From Spirochaetes bacterium ADurb.Bin218 (lineage in GTDB: Bacteria > Spirochaetota > UBA4802 > UBA5550), in assembly GCA_002069965.1 (NCBI GenBank), contig MWCI01000011.1:2285-66284 (forward strand): a stretch of DNA of 64,000 bases, read 5' to 3'. Made by a program: the position numbers and the translations under genes. Of this stretch, positions 11,113-20,491 are shown piece by piece; the first letter of the stretch is position 1, and every line of letters starts with the position of its first letter. The notes beneath the pieces were generated by a model. The model was not told the origin of the DNA, did no database searches, and was given only the letters and a program-made list of their open reading frames with translations.

Positions 11113-11877
11113 TTGCAAAGTTTTTTACTCTATATCTTATTGTATAAAAAGAGGCTTTTTGTGAATAGATTAGCTCAACAGAAAGAGAATAAATTAAGAT
11201 CTCTATACAAAACTCTTTCACTTCTGGTGATAGCTATTTTTTTACGCTATCTTTGTCATAGCATAATGCTTATACCTGTTTTGTTGAATGAAAAGCGAAG
11301 TGCTCCTCGTGTTCCGGATTTATTCCTTGATTTTCTACCTCAAAGTGATTTTTTGCTTAGATATAATTACTGGCTATGGCTTGTATGCTATCTTTCCATG
11401 GCCTTTTATTTTTTTATTAAAAAAAGAACTCTTTTTATGCGTTTTATTGTTACAGACTCTTTTGTGTCAATTGCAAGGGGACTTTGTATTCCACTTACTA
11501 CCTTTGGACCTCCCTTCGGGGATGATATAAATGCTATTGGCTTTGATTTCTGGGAAGTCTGGTTTTCTATGATAAATCCCTTTAATGCTCTTGCTGGAGG
11601 TGGGGCTTTGCGTTATCTCACAAAGGATATGTTTTTTTCTGGTCACATAGCAACCACATTTTTAATTTTTCTTTATGCAAGGGAGCTTGGGAAAAGGGTG
11701 GGTTTATTAGCTCTTGTTTTTAATATTTTTATTTTATTAGTTGTTTTATTTTCCCATCTACACTATGCTGTGGATATAATTGGTGCTTATTCAATAACAT
11801 TTTCAATATATATAGTCTCAGAGTTATATTTATCTAAGTCAAAAAAATTTAAGGCTTTGACTTATTATTTTGCTTAA
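11113..11877 (+). CDS. polytopic membrane protein, PAP2_C / sphingomyelin-synthase-like
   Basis: Several hydrophobic helices. DMFFSGH matches D-x3-S-G-H and HYAVDIIGAY matches H-Y-x-x-D-[VI]-x3-Y. Start codon uncertain (TTG 11113 or GTG 11161). Confidence 0.5.
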   Translation: MQSFLLYILLYKKRLFVNRLAQQKENKLRSLYKTLSLLVIAIFLRYLCHSIMLIPVLLNEKRSAPRVPDLFLDFLPQSDFLLRYNYWLWLVCYLSMAFYFFIKKRTLFMRFIVTDSFVSIARGLCIPLTTFGPPFGDDINAIGFDFWEVWFSMINPFNALAGGGALRYLTKDMFFSGHIATTFLIFLYARELGKRVGLLALVFNIFILLVVLFSHLHYAVDIIGAYSITFSIYIVSELYLSKSKKFKALTYYFA

Positions 11878-11888
11878 AGGGGGATACC

Positions 11889-12392
11889 ATGATAAATTAC
11901 GACAAGACTGAACTTAATAAAATTGATGAAAATATCTTCAAGCTTATAGGATCTGACTGGATGCTTGTAACAGCAGGTAGTATTGATAAATTCAATACAA
12001 TGACAGCCTCGTGGGGAGCCTTTGGAGTTTTATGGAATAAACCGGTATCATTTATATTTGTGAGACCTACAAGATACACCTATGAATTTTTGCAAAAGAA
12101 TGTTAATTTTTCATTAACATTCTTTGATGAGAAATATAGAAAGGCTTTAAATATCTGTGGAACAAAGTCCGGGCGGGATACAGATAAGGTAAGAGAAGCT
12201 GGCTTGACTCCAAGGACAAGCAAGAGTGGACTTGTATATTTTGAAGAGGCAAAGCTTGTAATTGAATGCACAAAGCTCTATTTTCATGATATAACACCAG
12301 AAAATATTTTGTTACCATCGATAAACAATTTATATAACAACGACTATCATAGAATGTATATTGGTGAAATAACAGGTATAATGAAAAAGTAA
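11889..12392 (+). CDS. flavin reductase-like domain protein
   Basis: 167 aa; MTASWGAFGVLWNKPV pattern of the split-barrel FMN-binding family. Confidence 0.55.
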   Translation: MINYDKTELNKIDENIFKLIGSDWMLVTAGSIDKFNTMTASWGAFGVLWNKPVSFIFVRPTRYTYEFLQKNVNFSLTFFDEKYRKALNICGTKSGRDTDKVREAGLTPRTSKSGLVYFEEAKLVIECTKLYFHDITPENILLPSINNLYNNDYHRMYIGEITGIMKK

Positions 12393-12536
12393 ATTATAGC
12401 CTTTCCAATTCTTTTGGCATTCCCATGGCATGGGAATGTTTTTGTTTTGTGTAACAAAAAAGTTTCTTGCATAACATACATAATGCTTTCCTTTTTGCCT
12501 TTAATTATTCTTTGTGTAACAGGAGGTTGGCCTTTG

Positions 12537-13469
12537 ATGATAGAAGCCAGAGGTCTTTCAAAATACTATGGAGATTTTAAAGCTATAAGCGATATTTCTT
12601 TTACCATAAGAGGTGGAGAAATTACAGGGCTTCTTGGTCCCAATGGAGCAGGTAAAACTACTACGCTGAGACTTCTAAGTTGTTATCTTAAGCCAGATTC
12701 TGGTTCTATATCAGTAGATGGCAAGGATACAGTGACTGAGTCTCTGGAAGTTAAAAAAAAGATAGGTTATCTGCCAGAGGCCGCTCCTCTTTATGGGGAT
12801 ATGATTGTATATGATTATCTAAAGTTTGCTGCAGAGCTTAGAGGTGTCTTTTCTCAGAAGGTAATTGATGAGGTTGCTCAAACGTGCCGCATTACAGATG
12901 TTATGCATAAAAATATCTCTGAGTTATCAAAGGGCTACAAGCAGAGGGTCGGTTTTGCAAATGCTATAGTGCATGATCCTGCAATTTTAATTCTTGATGA
13001 GCCAACTTCAGGTCTTGACCCTATTGAGATAGTGGAGATACGAAATCTCATTAAAGAGCTTGGTAGAAAAAAGACTATAATTTTGTCCACTCACATTTTG
13101 CCAGAGGTGGAGGCAACATGTGACAGGGTTATAATAATAAATAAAGGAAGTATTGTAGCAGATGATAGAACAGATAATCTTAAAAATTTAGTCAGAGGTG
13201 ATAAAGAAATAATAATCAAAGTAGCAGGGACTGATTTTGATACTTTAAAGCAAAGCCTTATGCCAATTGACGGGGTAAGGAACGTTTCTGCTTTAGATTG
13301 TGATGGCTTAACAGGAGCAATTGTTGTTGCTTCCTATGAAAGAGAGATTAGAGGTGATATCTTTGATATAGTTGTCAAAAGGGGATGGAAATTATATGAA
13401 ATGAGAGAGGAAGTGCTCTCTCTGGAAAAAATATTTAGCGAACTTGCATCTGGAGGATTAAATGAATAA
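12537..13469 (+). CDS. ABC transporter ATP-binding protein
   Basis: Walker A GPNGAGKTT, signature LSKGYKQR, Walker B ILILDEP. AGGAGG (12521-12526) precedes ATG 12537. The track's 41-aa extension looks non-coding. Confidence 0.9.
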   Translation: MIEARGLSKYYGDFKAISDISFTIRGGEITGLLGPNGAGKTTTLRLLSCYLKPDSGSISVDGKDTVTESLEVKKKIGYLPEAAPLYGDMIVYDYLKFAAELRGVFSQKVIDEVAQTCRITDVMHKNISELSKGYKQRVGFANAIVHDPAILILDEPTSGLDPIEIVEIRNLIKELGRKKTIILSTHILPEVEATCDRVIIINKGSIVADDRTDNLKNLVRGDKEIIIKVAGTDFDTLKQSLMPIDGVRNVSALDCDGLTGAIVVASYEREIRGDIFDIVVKRGWKLYEMREEVLSLEKIFSELASGGLNE

Positions 13470-14172
13470 TCTTAATCAGGCTAAATTGGTGATGATGAAG
13501 GAGTTTAAAAGCTATTTTTATACTCCCATAGCATATATAGTAATTACAGTTTTTCTTATATTTATAGGTTTTTTCTTTTTTAAGGATTTCTTTTATTTTA
13601 ATCAGGCACAGATGAGGAGTCTTTTTCAAACATTACCTTTGATGTTTTCTTTCGTTATCCCGGCAGTAACCATGAGGCTTTTTTCTGAGGAAAGGCATAG
13701 TGGTACTCTTGAGATTCTTCTCACTTTACCTGTTTCCTCTATGGATGCTGTTTTAGGTAAGTTTTTTGCAGCTCTTGCCTTTTGTGCTGTAATGCTTTCT
13801 CCTACGTTGATATATCTTGGAACTGTTGTTTTTGTTGGCTCGCCAGATCCAGGTCCAATTATTGGCGGATACTTTGGCTCATTGTTTCTGGCTGGTGCTT
13901 ATTCATCAATTGGAATTTTGGCATCCTCTGCTACAAAGAATCAGATAACAGCCTTTATAATTTCATGGGCTCTGTGTTTTGCTCTTTGGCTTATTGATAA
14001 GATTACCATATTTCTGCCTCCTTCACTGGGATTTATTGCCTATCTTGGAACGGATTTTCATTTTCAAAATATTTCCAGAGGAGTTATCGATTTAAAGGAT
14101 ATTATTTATTTTATTTCAGTTGCTGCTATTTCTTTGATGTTTTCCCTTCGCATTATAGAGGAGAGGAGATGA
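13462..14172 (+). CDS. ABC-2 type permease
   Basis: 236 aa with about six hydrophobic segments; overlaps the ATPase stop by 8 nt. Confidence 0.75.
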   Translation: MNNLNQAKLVMMKEFKSYFYTPIAYIVITVFLIFIGFFFFKDFFYFNQAQMRSLFQTLPLMFSFVIPAVTMRLFSEERHSGTLEILLTLPVSSMDAVLGKFFAALAFCAVMLSPTLIYLGTVVFVGSPDPGPIIGGYFGSLFLAGAYSSIGILASSATKNQITAFIISWALCFALWLIDKITIFLPPSLGFIAYLGTDFHFQNISRGVIDLKDIIYFISVAAISLMFSLRIIEERR

Positions 14173-14175
14173 GCT

Positions 14176-16305
14176 ATGAAATTAGATGATATTTTTAGAA
14201 ATTTGAAATTTAATGTGCAATCGTTTTTTGAACTAAAAGAGAAGAATATTTTTTTGGTTTTGAATATTATAATTATTGTTTTAATCAATATTGCAGCTGC
14301 TTATTTCCCATTGCGAATAGATCTCACCAGAAATAAAATTTATTCTCTATCACAAACAAGTAAGAATATTGTTTCAAACCTTTCCGAGAGATTGAAAATC
14401 AAAGTATTTTTTTCTTCGGACCTGCCAGCAGAGCATGCAGCTGTTTCTCGTTATCTTAAGGATCTCCTTGAGGAATATGCTATCTATGGAAATGAGAATT
14501 TTTCTTATGAAATAGTTGATGAGGCTAAGCTTGAATCTCAAGCAACAGAGTATGGCATAAACCCTGTTCAAAGCAGTGAGTTTAGCAATGATCAGATCAA
14601 GCTCCGAAATGTTTATATGGGGCTTGTATTCATACATGGAGATTTAATAGAAAAAATTGATGCTTTGACCAAAACTGTGGGGCTTGAGCATGAGATTACA
14701 TCTCGCATAGCAAAAATGACAGGGAAGGTAGATGCCTTGCTTAAGCTCACCTCTCCTGTGACTGTAACTCTTTATCTGGACAGTAGGTTAAAAGAGCTAC
14801 CTATTGATGGAATCAATTCCATTGAGGAGATTGTTCGCAAGGCCTTTGATAAATGTTATAGCAGAAACTATAAAAAACTCGATCTAAGAATTATTGATCC
14901 GTCTCAGATTTCTGATCTGACCTCGCTCTCTCAGCATTATGGTATATCCAGGCTTCGATGGGGAAATTTAAAAGGAAGAAGTGGCAATAATATTGCTGCA
15001 GGTGAGACTATTTTTGGCATGGTTGTAGAAAATGGTGAAAAGTTTCGCAAGATAGATCTTGAGGTAGTTCCAACCATCTTTGGGACAAATGTTGTAAGTG
15101 GTCTTGAAAAAATAGAGGATAAAATTAATAAGGCAGTGAGTGATTTGCTTGCAGTAAATCAAAGGATTGCTTATGCAAAGGGATATGGCATTCCAGATAT
15201 AAATGATAGGAGATCCCCTGAAGGGGCAGCCTTTTTTGCTAATCTGCTTTCTGATGTCTATGAAATTGTCGAGGTAGATCTATCCAGGGAGGATATTCCC
15301 TCTGACATAAATCTTTTAATAATAAATGGACCTATTGATAAATTTCAAGATAGTGAAAAATTTAAAATAGATCAATTTCTGATGAATGGGAAATCTATTT
15401 TGCTCTTTGTAAATTCCTTTAAAGAGCTTGACCAGAGGATGAATTTTCTTGGGAATGAGCCTTCTGTTATTGCAGTAGATAATGGCTTGGATGATCTGCT
15501 GTCTTTTTATGGAATAGATATTAAAAAGAGCATAGTTCTTGATAAAAGGTGCACAAGAGTAAACCTTGGAAATATGATTACAGATTATCCCCTTATTGCA
15601 ATGATTACCCAGGAAGGATTGGATAGGGAAAGCCCTGTTACAAAGTATCTCAATAGTGCTTTGATGATCAAGGCTTCTCCTGTTGAGTTTAATGATAGAG
15701 TTAAAGATAGCTCTTTTACAAAGAGAGTTCTTGTTTCTACCTCTCCAGAGAGCTGGCTCATGGAGGGTATGATAAATTTTAATCCGCTTTTTATGAATCC
15801 ACCTTCAGACAGGGATCTTAAAAAATACAATATAGCTCTATTGCTTGAGGGAAGTTTTGAGAGCTTTTATAAAGGTAAGGAATTGGCATTTAAATCACAA
15901 AAGTCAGCTATTACAGGAGAAAGTAGGCTTGAGAAGACTATATCCTCAGGAGTGAGCAGACTCCTTGTCGTTGGAAGTTCTGAAATAACCACATCGGCTT
16001 TTATTGATTATTCCAGAAAGGCCCTTTCGGGGACTGGTAATAATGAAACTTTTTCCAATGATATTTTGCTCCATTCCATGGTGGATTATCTTGCAGGTAA
16101 TTATCATATACCAGAGATGAAGAGTAAGAGCCTTGATTTTAATCCTTTGATCAAAACAAGCGATACAACAAGGTTTATCCTTAAGGTCATAAACATTGTA
16201 GTTGTGCCTATCTTTGTTGTTATTACAGGTTTTGTTATATGGAGGCTTAGAATGATAAAACGACGTTCCATAGAGAATTATTATCAAAGCAGAGGTAGAT
16301 TATGA
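14176..16305 (+). CDS. GldG-like ABC-transporter auxiliary protein
   Basis: 709 aa with N- and C-terminal membrane anchors. N-terminus PLRIDLTRNKIYSLSQTSKNIV resembles GldG-type proteins that follow ABC-2 permeases. Confidence 0.65.
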   Translation: MKLDDIFRNLKFNVQSFFELKEKNIFLVLNIIIIVLINIAAAYFPLRIDLTRNKIYSLSQTSKNIVSNLSERLKIKVFFSSDLPAEHAAVSRYLKDLLEEYAIYGNENFSYEIVDEAKLESQATEYGINPVQSSEFSNDQIKLRNVYMGLVFIHGDLIEKIDALTKTVGLEHEITSRIAKMTGKVDALLKLTSPVTVTLYLDSRLKELPIDGINSIEEIVRKAFDKCYSRNYKKLDLRIIDPSQISDLTSLSQHYGISRLRWGNLKGRSGNNIAAGETIFGMVVENGEKFRKIDLEVVPTIFGTNVVSGLEKIEDKINKAVSDLLAVNQRIAYAKGYGIPDINDRRSPEGAAFFANLLSDVYEIVEVDLSREDIPSDINLLIINGPIDKFQDSEKFKIDQFLMNGKSILLFVNSFKELDQRMNFLGNEPSVIAVDNGLDDLLSFYGIDIKKSIVLDKRCTRVNLGNMITDYPLIAMITQEGLDRESPVTKYLNSALMIKASPVEFNDRVKDSSFTKRVLVSTSPESWLMEGMINFNPLFMNPPSDRDLKKYNIALLLEGSFESFYKGKELAFKSQKSAITGESRLEKTISSGVSRLLVVGSSEITTSAFIDYSRKALSGTGNNETFSNDILLHSMVDYLAGNYHIPEMKSKSLDFNPLIKTSDTTRFILKVINIVVVPIFVVITGFVIWRLRMIKRRSIENYYQSRGRL

Positions 16306-17225
16306 GGAAGAGAATTCTTATAAGCTCTGGCGTAATCATACTTTTGCTTGCTGCAATAGCTGTAAAAAAATGCAGCTTTAAAAGGGATTATTCACTTAAA
16401 CATCTCAATGTGCCTGCAGACACAATTGTTATAAAAAGTTTAGATTATTCCCTTGAATTAAAAAAACAAGGGGATAGGTGGCTTATTGGCCAAAAAGGTT
16501 ATCCTGCAGATAATGATCTCATAAGAGATCTTGAAAAGAAAATAGCAGAGCTTCCTGTGGTTGATCTGGTTTCAACAAAAGGTTTTTTTGAGCCCTATGA
16601 ATTATCTGAGGGTCAGGCTCTTGATATAAGCCTTATGGCAAAAGGGGAGCTTTTGCGCAGGGTGTCTATAGGTAAGCAGGGATTGACAAATAATCATGTC
16701 TATGTTAGAATAGATAATGGGAGAGAGGTTTTCCTTGCCTCTGGAATAACTAAAAATGAATTTAAGCAGGATATAGATAATCTGAGGGATAAAAAAATTT
16801 TTGAGCTTAAAAGTGATTTTATAGAAAAGATAAGTATAAATTATCAGGGGAAGGAGTATATCTTTTATAAAGAGAAGGTTGCACAAAAAGAAAATTCTAA
16901 TAGTTCAGGGGAATCCTCAGAACAAGAGTGGAAATGTAAAGGATATGAGAATATTCAATTGAATTCCTCAAAGATAAATTCTATGTTATATACTTTTTCA
17001 CCTTTAAGAGCAGCAAAATTTTATGAGGGAGAGATTAAGGAAAAACCTCTTTGTATTGTGAGGATTTTTACAGGTGATGGTGAGAAGGATTTGAATATCT
17101 ATAAAGGAGTGGAAAAAGATTTTTATCTTGCAACATCTTCTTTAAGTCCCTATAATTTCACCATAGGCTCATGGCAGGCGCAGAAGTATATGATTAAAAG
17201 CATTAAAGATCTGGAAAAGAATTAG
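16302..17225 (+). CDS. anchored protein, probably a DUF4340-type partner of the GldG-like protein
   Basis: 307 aa with an N-terminal hydrophobic anchor and a 4-nt overlap with the upstream gene. Call rests on position only. Confidence 0.45.
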   Translation: MRKRILISSGVIILLLAAIAVKKCSFKRDYSLKHLNVPADTIVIKSLDYSLELKKQGDRWLIGQKGYPADNDLIRDLEKKIAELPVVDLVSTKGFFEPYELSEGQALDISLMAKGELLRRVSIGKQGLTNNHVYVRIDNGREVFLASGITKNEFKQDIDNLRDKKIFELKSDFIEKISINYQGKEYIFYKEKVAQKENSNSSGESSEQEWKCKGYENIQLNSSKINSMLYTFSPLRAAKFYEGEIKEKPLCIVRIFTGDGEKDLNIYKGVEKDFYLATSSLSPYNFTIGSWQAQKYMIKSIKDLEKN

Positions 17226-17242
17226 TTTGAGAGGAGGTGACT

Positions 17243-19615
17243 ATGTCAGAGGATATTACCAACAATGAACAGAGTCCAATAATAGTAGCACATGAATTCA
17301 GGCCAGATATTGTGCCTATTATACCTATATCACAAAGACCAATCTTTCCTGGTATGATGATTCCTTTAATTCTTACTGGTGATGTTATGATTGAAACAGC
17401 CCAGGAGATTATGGATTCCCCTCATAAGATTGGAGGAGTTGTCCTTGTAAAGAATCAACATGATGATATGCCAAGGTCAGAGGATCTCTATACAGTTGGC
17501 GTTGCTGTAAAGATTTTTAAGATCAATCCCATTGATGAAAAAACCGTTCAGGTTATGTTAAATGCCCTTGGGAGATTTACTTTAAAGAGCGTAATACAGG
17601 ATAGCCCAATAATAAAATGGAAAGTAGAGAATTATTACGAAGAGGTCTTTAAGCCTACAGATGAAATGAAGGCATTTTCAATGGCAATTGTAAGTGCTGT
17701 GAAGGAGCTAATTAAAACTAATTCTCTTTTCCAGGAAGAGCTGAAACTATTTTTGAATAGATTCAGCGTTGAGGATCCTGGCAAGCTTTCAGACTTTGTT
17801 GCCTCAATGACAAATGCAGAACCAGCAGAGATACAGGATATACTTGAGACCTTTGATGTCAGGGAAAGAGTAAAAAAGGTTTTGATTTTGCTCAAAAAAG
17901 AGATTGAGATAAATAAACTTAAGACAAAGATAACTCAGCAAATAGAAGAGCGAATATCTAAACAGCAAAAGGAATTCTTTTTACGAGAGCAGCTTAAGGA
18001 GATAAAAAAGGAATTAGGCCTTGAAAAAGATGAAAAATCTTCTGAGATAGAAAAGTTTGAGCAGAAAATTGCAAAGCTTAAGCTTACAGAGGAGGCAGCC
18101 AAAAAGATAGATGAGGAGATGAATAAGCTAAGGCTTCTGGAACCTCATTCTGCTGAATACGGTGTAAGCAGGAATTATCTCGATTGGCTAACTTCTTTGC
18201 CATGGGGAATATTTTCAGAGGATAACTATGATATAGCAAAAGCCAAACAGATCCTCAATAGAGACCACTATGGACTTGATGATATAAAAGAAAGAATCCT
18301 TGAGTTTATTGCAACAGGGAAGATGAAGGGAAATATCTCAGGTTCAATAATATGCTTTATTGGCCCACCGGGAGTTGGTAAAACATCAATTGGTAAATCT
18401 GTAGCTGAGGCTCTTAATCGCAAATTTTATAGATTTTCATTAGGTGGGATGAGAGATGAGGCAGAGATCAAGGGCCACAGGAGAACATATATAGGAGCAA
18501 TGCCAGGAAAAATTATACAGAGCTTAAAAACTGTTGGTGTTGCAAATCCAGTCATAATGCTTGATGAGATAGATAAAATTGGTGCAAGCTTTCAGGGTGA
18601 TCCTGCCTCAGCATTGCTTGAGGTTTTAGATCCAGAGCAGAATAAAGATTTTTTGGATCACTATTTGGATGTAAGGTTTGACCTTTCCAATATACTCTTT
18701 ATTGCAACTGCCAATCAGCTCGATACCATACCTGGTCCTCTTCTTGACCGTATGGAGATCATGAAGCTATCAGGTTATATTCTGGAAGAGAAGTTGCAGA
18801 TAGCTAAAAAGTACCTCATACCGAAACAGCTTAAAGAGCATGGACTTAAGAAGGGCATGGTGACAATAGATACAGATGGTCTCAAGAAAATGATCGACGG
18901 CTATGCAAGAGAGGCTGGCGTAAGAAGCCTTGAAAATAATATACGAAAGGTGATGAGAAAGGCTGCAAGAAAATTTGCCGAGGGAAGCACAGAGCCTATC
19001 AGTGTAACAGAGGCAAATCTTGAGGAGTTCTTGGGCAAACCACGATTCACAGATGAATCACTCTATGATAAACGTATTCCAGGGGTGGTTATGGGTCTTG
19101 CATGGACAAGTCTTGGTGGAACCACTCTTTATATTGAGTCCACAGCTATTTATACAAAGAGCAAGGGCTTTAAACAAACAGGACAGTTGCGGGATGTTAT
19201 GCGAGAGTCCTCGGAGATTGCATATACATATATTCAGTCAAGGGCAAAGGATTATGGAATAGATGAGAATTTTTTTGCAAATCATTTTATACACCTTCAT
19301 GTTCCTGCTGGAGCAACTCCAAAGGATGGTCCCTCTGCTGGGATAACGATGGCTACATCACTTTATTCTCTGGCCAAAAATCTCCCGGTTAAAAAGAATG
19401 TTGCAATGACAGGTGAGCTTACTGTTACAGGGAAGGTTCTTCCAATTGGTGGTGTCAAAGAAAAGACTATTGCAGCAAAAAAGGCAAAGGTTAAGACTAT
19501 TATTTTCCCTGTAGAGAATAAAAAGGATTTTGATGAATTGCCAGATTATATAAAGAAAGGACTTGATGTTCATTTTGTGAATTATTTTGATGAGGTTTTG
19601 GATATAGTTTTTTAA
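17243..19615 (+). CDS. lon: ATP-dependent protease Lon
   Basis: Walker A GPPGVGKTS and catalytic Ser motif PKDGPSAG. GAGGAGG (17231-17237) lies 5 nt before ATG 17243; the track's GTG 17237 sits inside the SD. Confidence 0.95.
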   Translation: MSEDITNNEQSPIIVAHEFRPDIVPIIPISQRPIFPGMMIPLILTGDVMIETAQEIMDSPHKIGGVVLVKNQHDDMPRSEDLYTVGVAVKIFKINPIDEKTVQVMLNALGRFTLKSVIQDSPIIKWKVENYYEEVFKPTDEMKAFSMAIVSAVKELIKTNSLFQEELKLFLNRFSVEDPGKLSDFVASMTNAEPAEIQDILETFDVRERVKKVLILLKKEIEINKLKTKITQQIEERISKQQKEFFLREQLKEIKKELGLEKDEKSSEIEKFEQKIAKLKLTEEAAKKIDEEMNKLRLLEPHSAEYGVSRNYLDWLTSLPWGIFSEDNYDIAKAKQILNRDHYGLDDIKERILEFIATGKMKGNISGSIICFIGPPGVGKTSIGKSVAEALNRKFYRFSLGGMRDEAEIKGHRRTYIGAMPGKIIQSLKTVGVANPVIMLDEIDKIGASFQGDPASALLEVLDPEQNKDFLDHYLDVRFDLSNILFIATANQLDTIPGPLLDRMEIMKLSGYILEEKLQIAKKYLIPKQLKEHGLKKGMVTIDTDGLKKMIDGYAREAGVRSLENNIRKVMRKAARKFAEGSTEPISVTEANLEEFLGKPRFTDESLYDKRIPGVVMGLAWTSLGGTTLYIESTAIYTKSKGFKQTGQLRDVMRESSEIAYTYIQSRAKDYGIDENFFANHFIHLHVPAGATPKDGPSAGITMATSLYSLAKNLPVKKNVAMTGELTVTGKVLPIGGVKEKTIAAKKAKVKTIIFPVENKKDFDELPDYIKKGLDVHFVNYFDEVLDIVF

Positions 19616-19623
19616 AATAAAAA

Positions 19624-19658
19624 TTTTTTGTGCCTGCAAATTTTGTAGGCACAAAAAA
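19624..19658. repeat. long AT-flanked inverted repeat just after the lon stop
   Basis: TTTTTTGTGCCTGCAAA / TTTGTAGGCACAAAAAA pair with one G-T wobble. The T-run precedes and the A-run follows on both strands, so it is not a canonical intrinsic terminator. Confidence 0.5.
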
Positions 19659-19746
19659 TTTGTGCCAAAGTAATTTTTTTATCTTTTTTTGTTGACATAA
19701 TATGGGGCAAAGGATATTTAGTTTTTTCGTAAAGAAAATTAACTCC

Positions 19747-19828
19747 GCCCAGATGGTGGAATTGGTAGACACGCATGGTTGAGGGCCATGTGAGATTACT
19801 CGTGTGGGTTCAAGTCCCGCTCTGGGCA
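19747..19828 (+). tRNA. tRNA-Leu (anticodon GAG), long variable arm, CCA not encoded
   Basis: Acceptor GCCCAGA/TCTGGGC; anticodon stem CATGG/CCATG with loop TTGAGGG; T-arm GGTTCAAGTCC. Confidence 0.9.
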
Positions 19829-19838
19829 ATAAAAGCAG

Positions 19839-19867
19839 GCTGGCTGATAGGATCAGGCAGCTTTTTT
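19839..19867 (+). terminator. rho-independent terminator after tRNA-Leu
   Basis: GCTGGCTGAT-AGG-ATCAGGCAGC (10-bp stem, one mismatch) followed by TTTTTT. Confidence 0.6.
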
Positions 19868-19890
19868 GTTGAAAAGGATAAGTATCTTTT

Positions 19891-20304
19891 ATGGAAAGAA
19901 CACTCTCTATAATTAAGCCAGATGGGGTTCGAAAAAAGATCATCGGCGAAGTCATAAGACGTTTTGAAACAGCAGGTTTGAGAATTGCTGCAATTAAGAT
20001 GATTCATATGACTAAAGAAGTTGCTGAAGGGTTTTACGCTGTTCATAGGGGCAAATTTTTTTATGATGAGCTAACATCCTTTATGTCTGAGGGACCTGTT
20101 GTTGTGATGGTTCTTGAGGGTGAAGATGCAATTGCCTTAAACCGAAAACTCATGGGAGCAACTAATTTCAAAGAGGCAGAGCCTGGCACAATTAGAGCTG
20201 ATTTTGCAACAAGTATTCAGCATAATATAGTCCATGGCTCTGATTCACCTGAATCTGCAAGGTTTGAAATTGGCTATTTTTTTGCAGAGACTGAAATTTT
20301 TTAG
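19891..20304 (+). CDS. ndk: nucleoside-diphosphate kinase
   Basis: 137 aa; [12 protein letters not shown] start and active-site NIVHGSDS. Confidence 0.95.
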   Translation: MERTLSIIKPDGVRKKIIGEVIRRFETAGLRIAAIKMIHMTKEVAEGFYAVHRGKFFYDELTSFMSEGPVVVMVLEGEDAIALNRKLMGATNFKEAEPGTIRADFATSIQHNIVHGSDSPESARFEIGYFFAETEIF

Positions 20305-20385
20305 TATAAATTTATATAGCAATTTTATTTGCTTTAAATGTTTATTGACAAGAAGAGATGATTTAGTAGCTTAGGGATTACTCAG

Positions 20386-20470
20386 GGAAAGGTGTCCGAG
20401 AGGCCGATGGAGCACGGTTGGAAACCGTGTGTTGCGCAAGCAACCGGGGGTTCGAATCCCCCCCTTTCCG
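20386..20470 (+). tRNA. tRNA-Ser (anticodon GGA), CCA not encoded
   Basis: Acceptor GGAAAGG/CCTTTCC; anticodon stem CACGG/CCGTG with loop TTGGAAA; long variable arm; T-arm GGGGGTTCGAATCCCCC. Confidence 0.9.
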
Positions 20471-20491
20471 AAAAAAAAGAGCTGGTTTAAG

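Noticed and set aside
12414-12536. 41-aa N-terminal extension of the ABC ATPase
   Set aside because: The extension looks non-coding, and AGGAGG at 12521-12526 serves ATG 12537, which yields the canonical MIEARGLSK start. Similar over-extensions were trimmed for cheB, lon, tsaB, remA, cheW (50749), flgM (52870), the NlpC/P60 gene and the antitoxin.
19624-19658. Hairpin after lon as an intrinsic terminator
   Set aside because: The GC core (GTGCCTGCAAA/TTTGTAGGCAC) is real. However, on both strands the T-run precedes and the A-run follows the stem, the opposite of a rho-independent terminator. It is kept only as an inverted repeat.
19500-19955. 151-aa minus-strand ORF
   Set aside because: It spans the lon 3' end, tRNA-Leu, its terminator and the ndk start, which is incompatible with those well-supported features.
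20305-20385. Search for an SRP (4.5S/scr) RNA upstream of dnaX, as in B. subtilis
   Set aside because: Only about 80 nt is available and there is no GGAAGGAAGCAGCC-like conserved core. The stable RNA at this position is tRNA-Ser instead.
20429-20491. N-terminal extension of dnaX in the ORF track (MLRKQPGVRIPPFPKKKSWFK)
   Set aside because: This stretch is the 3' half of tRNA-Ser read as protein. The real start is ATG 20492 or 20495.
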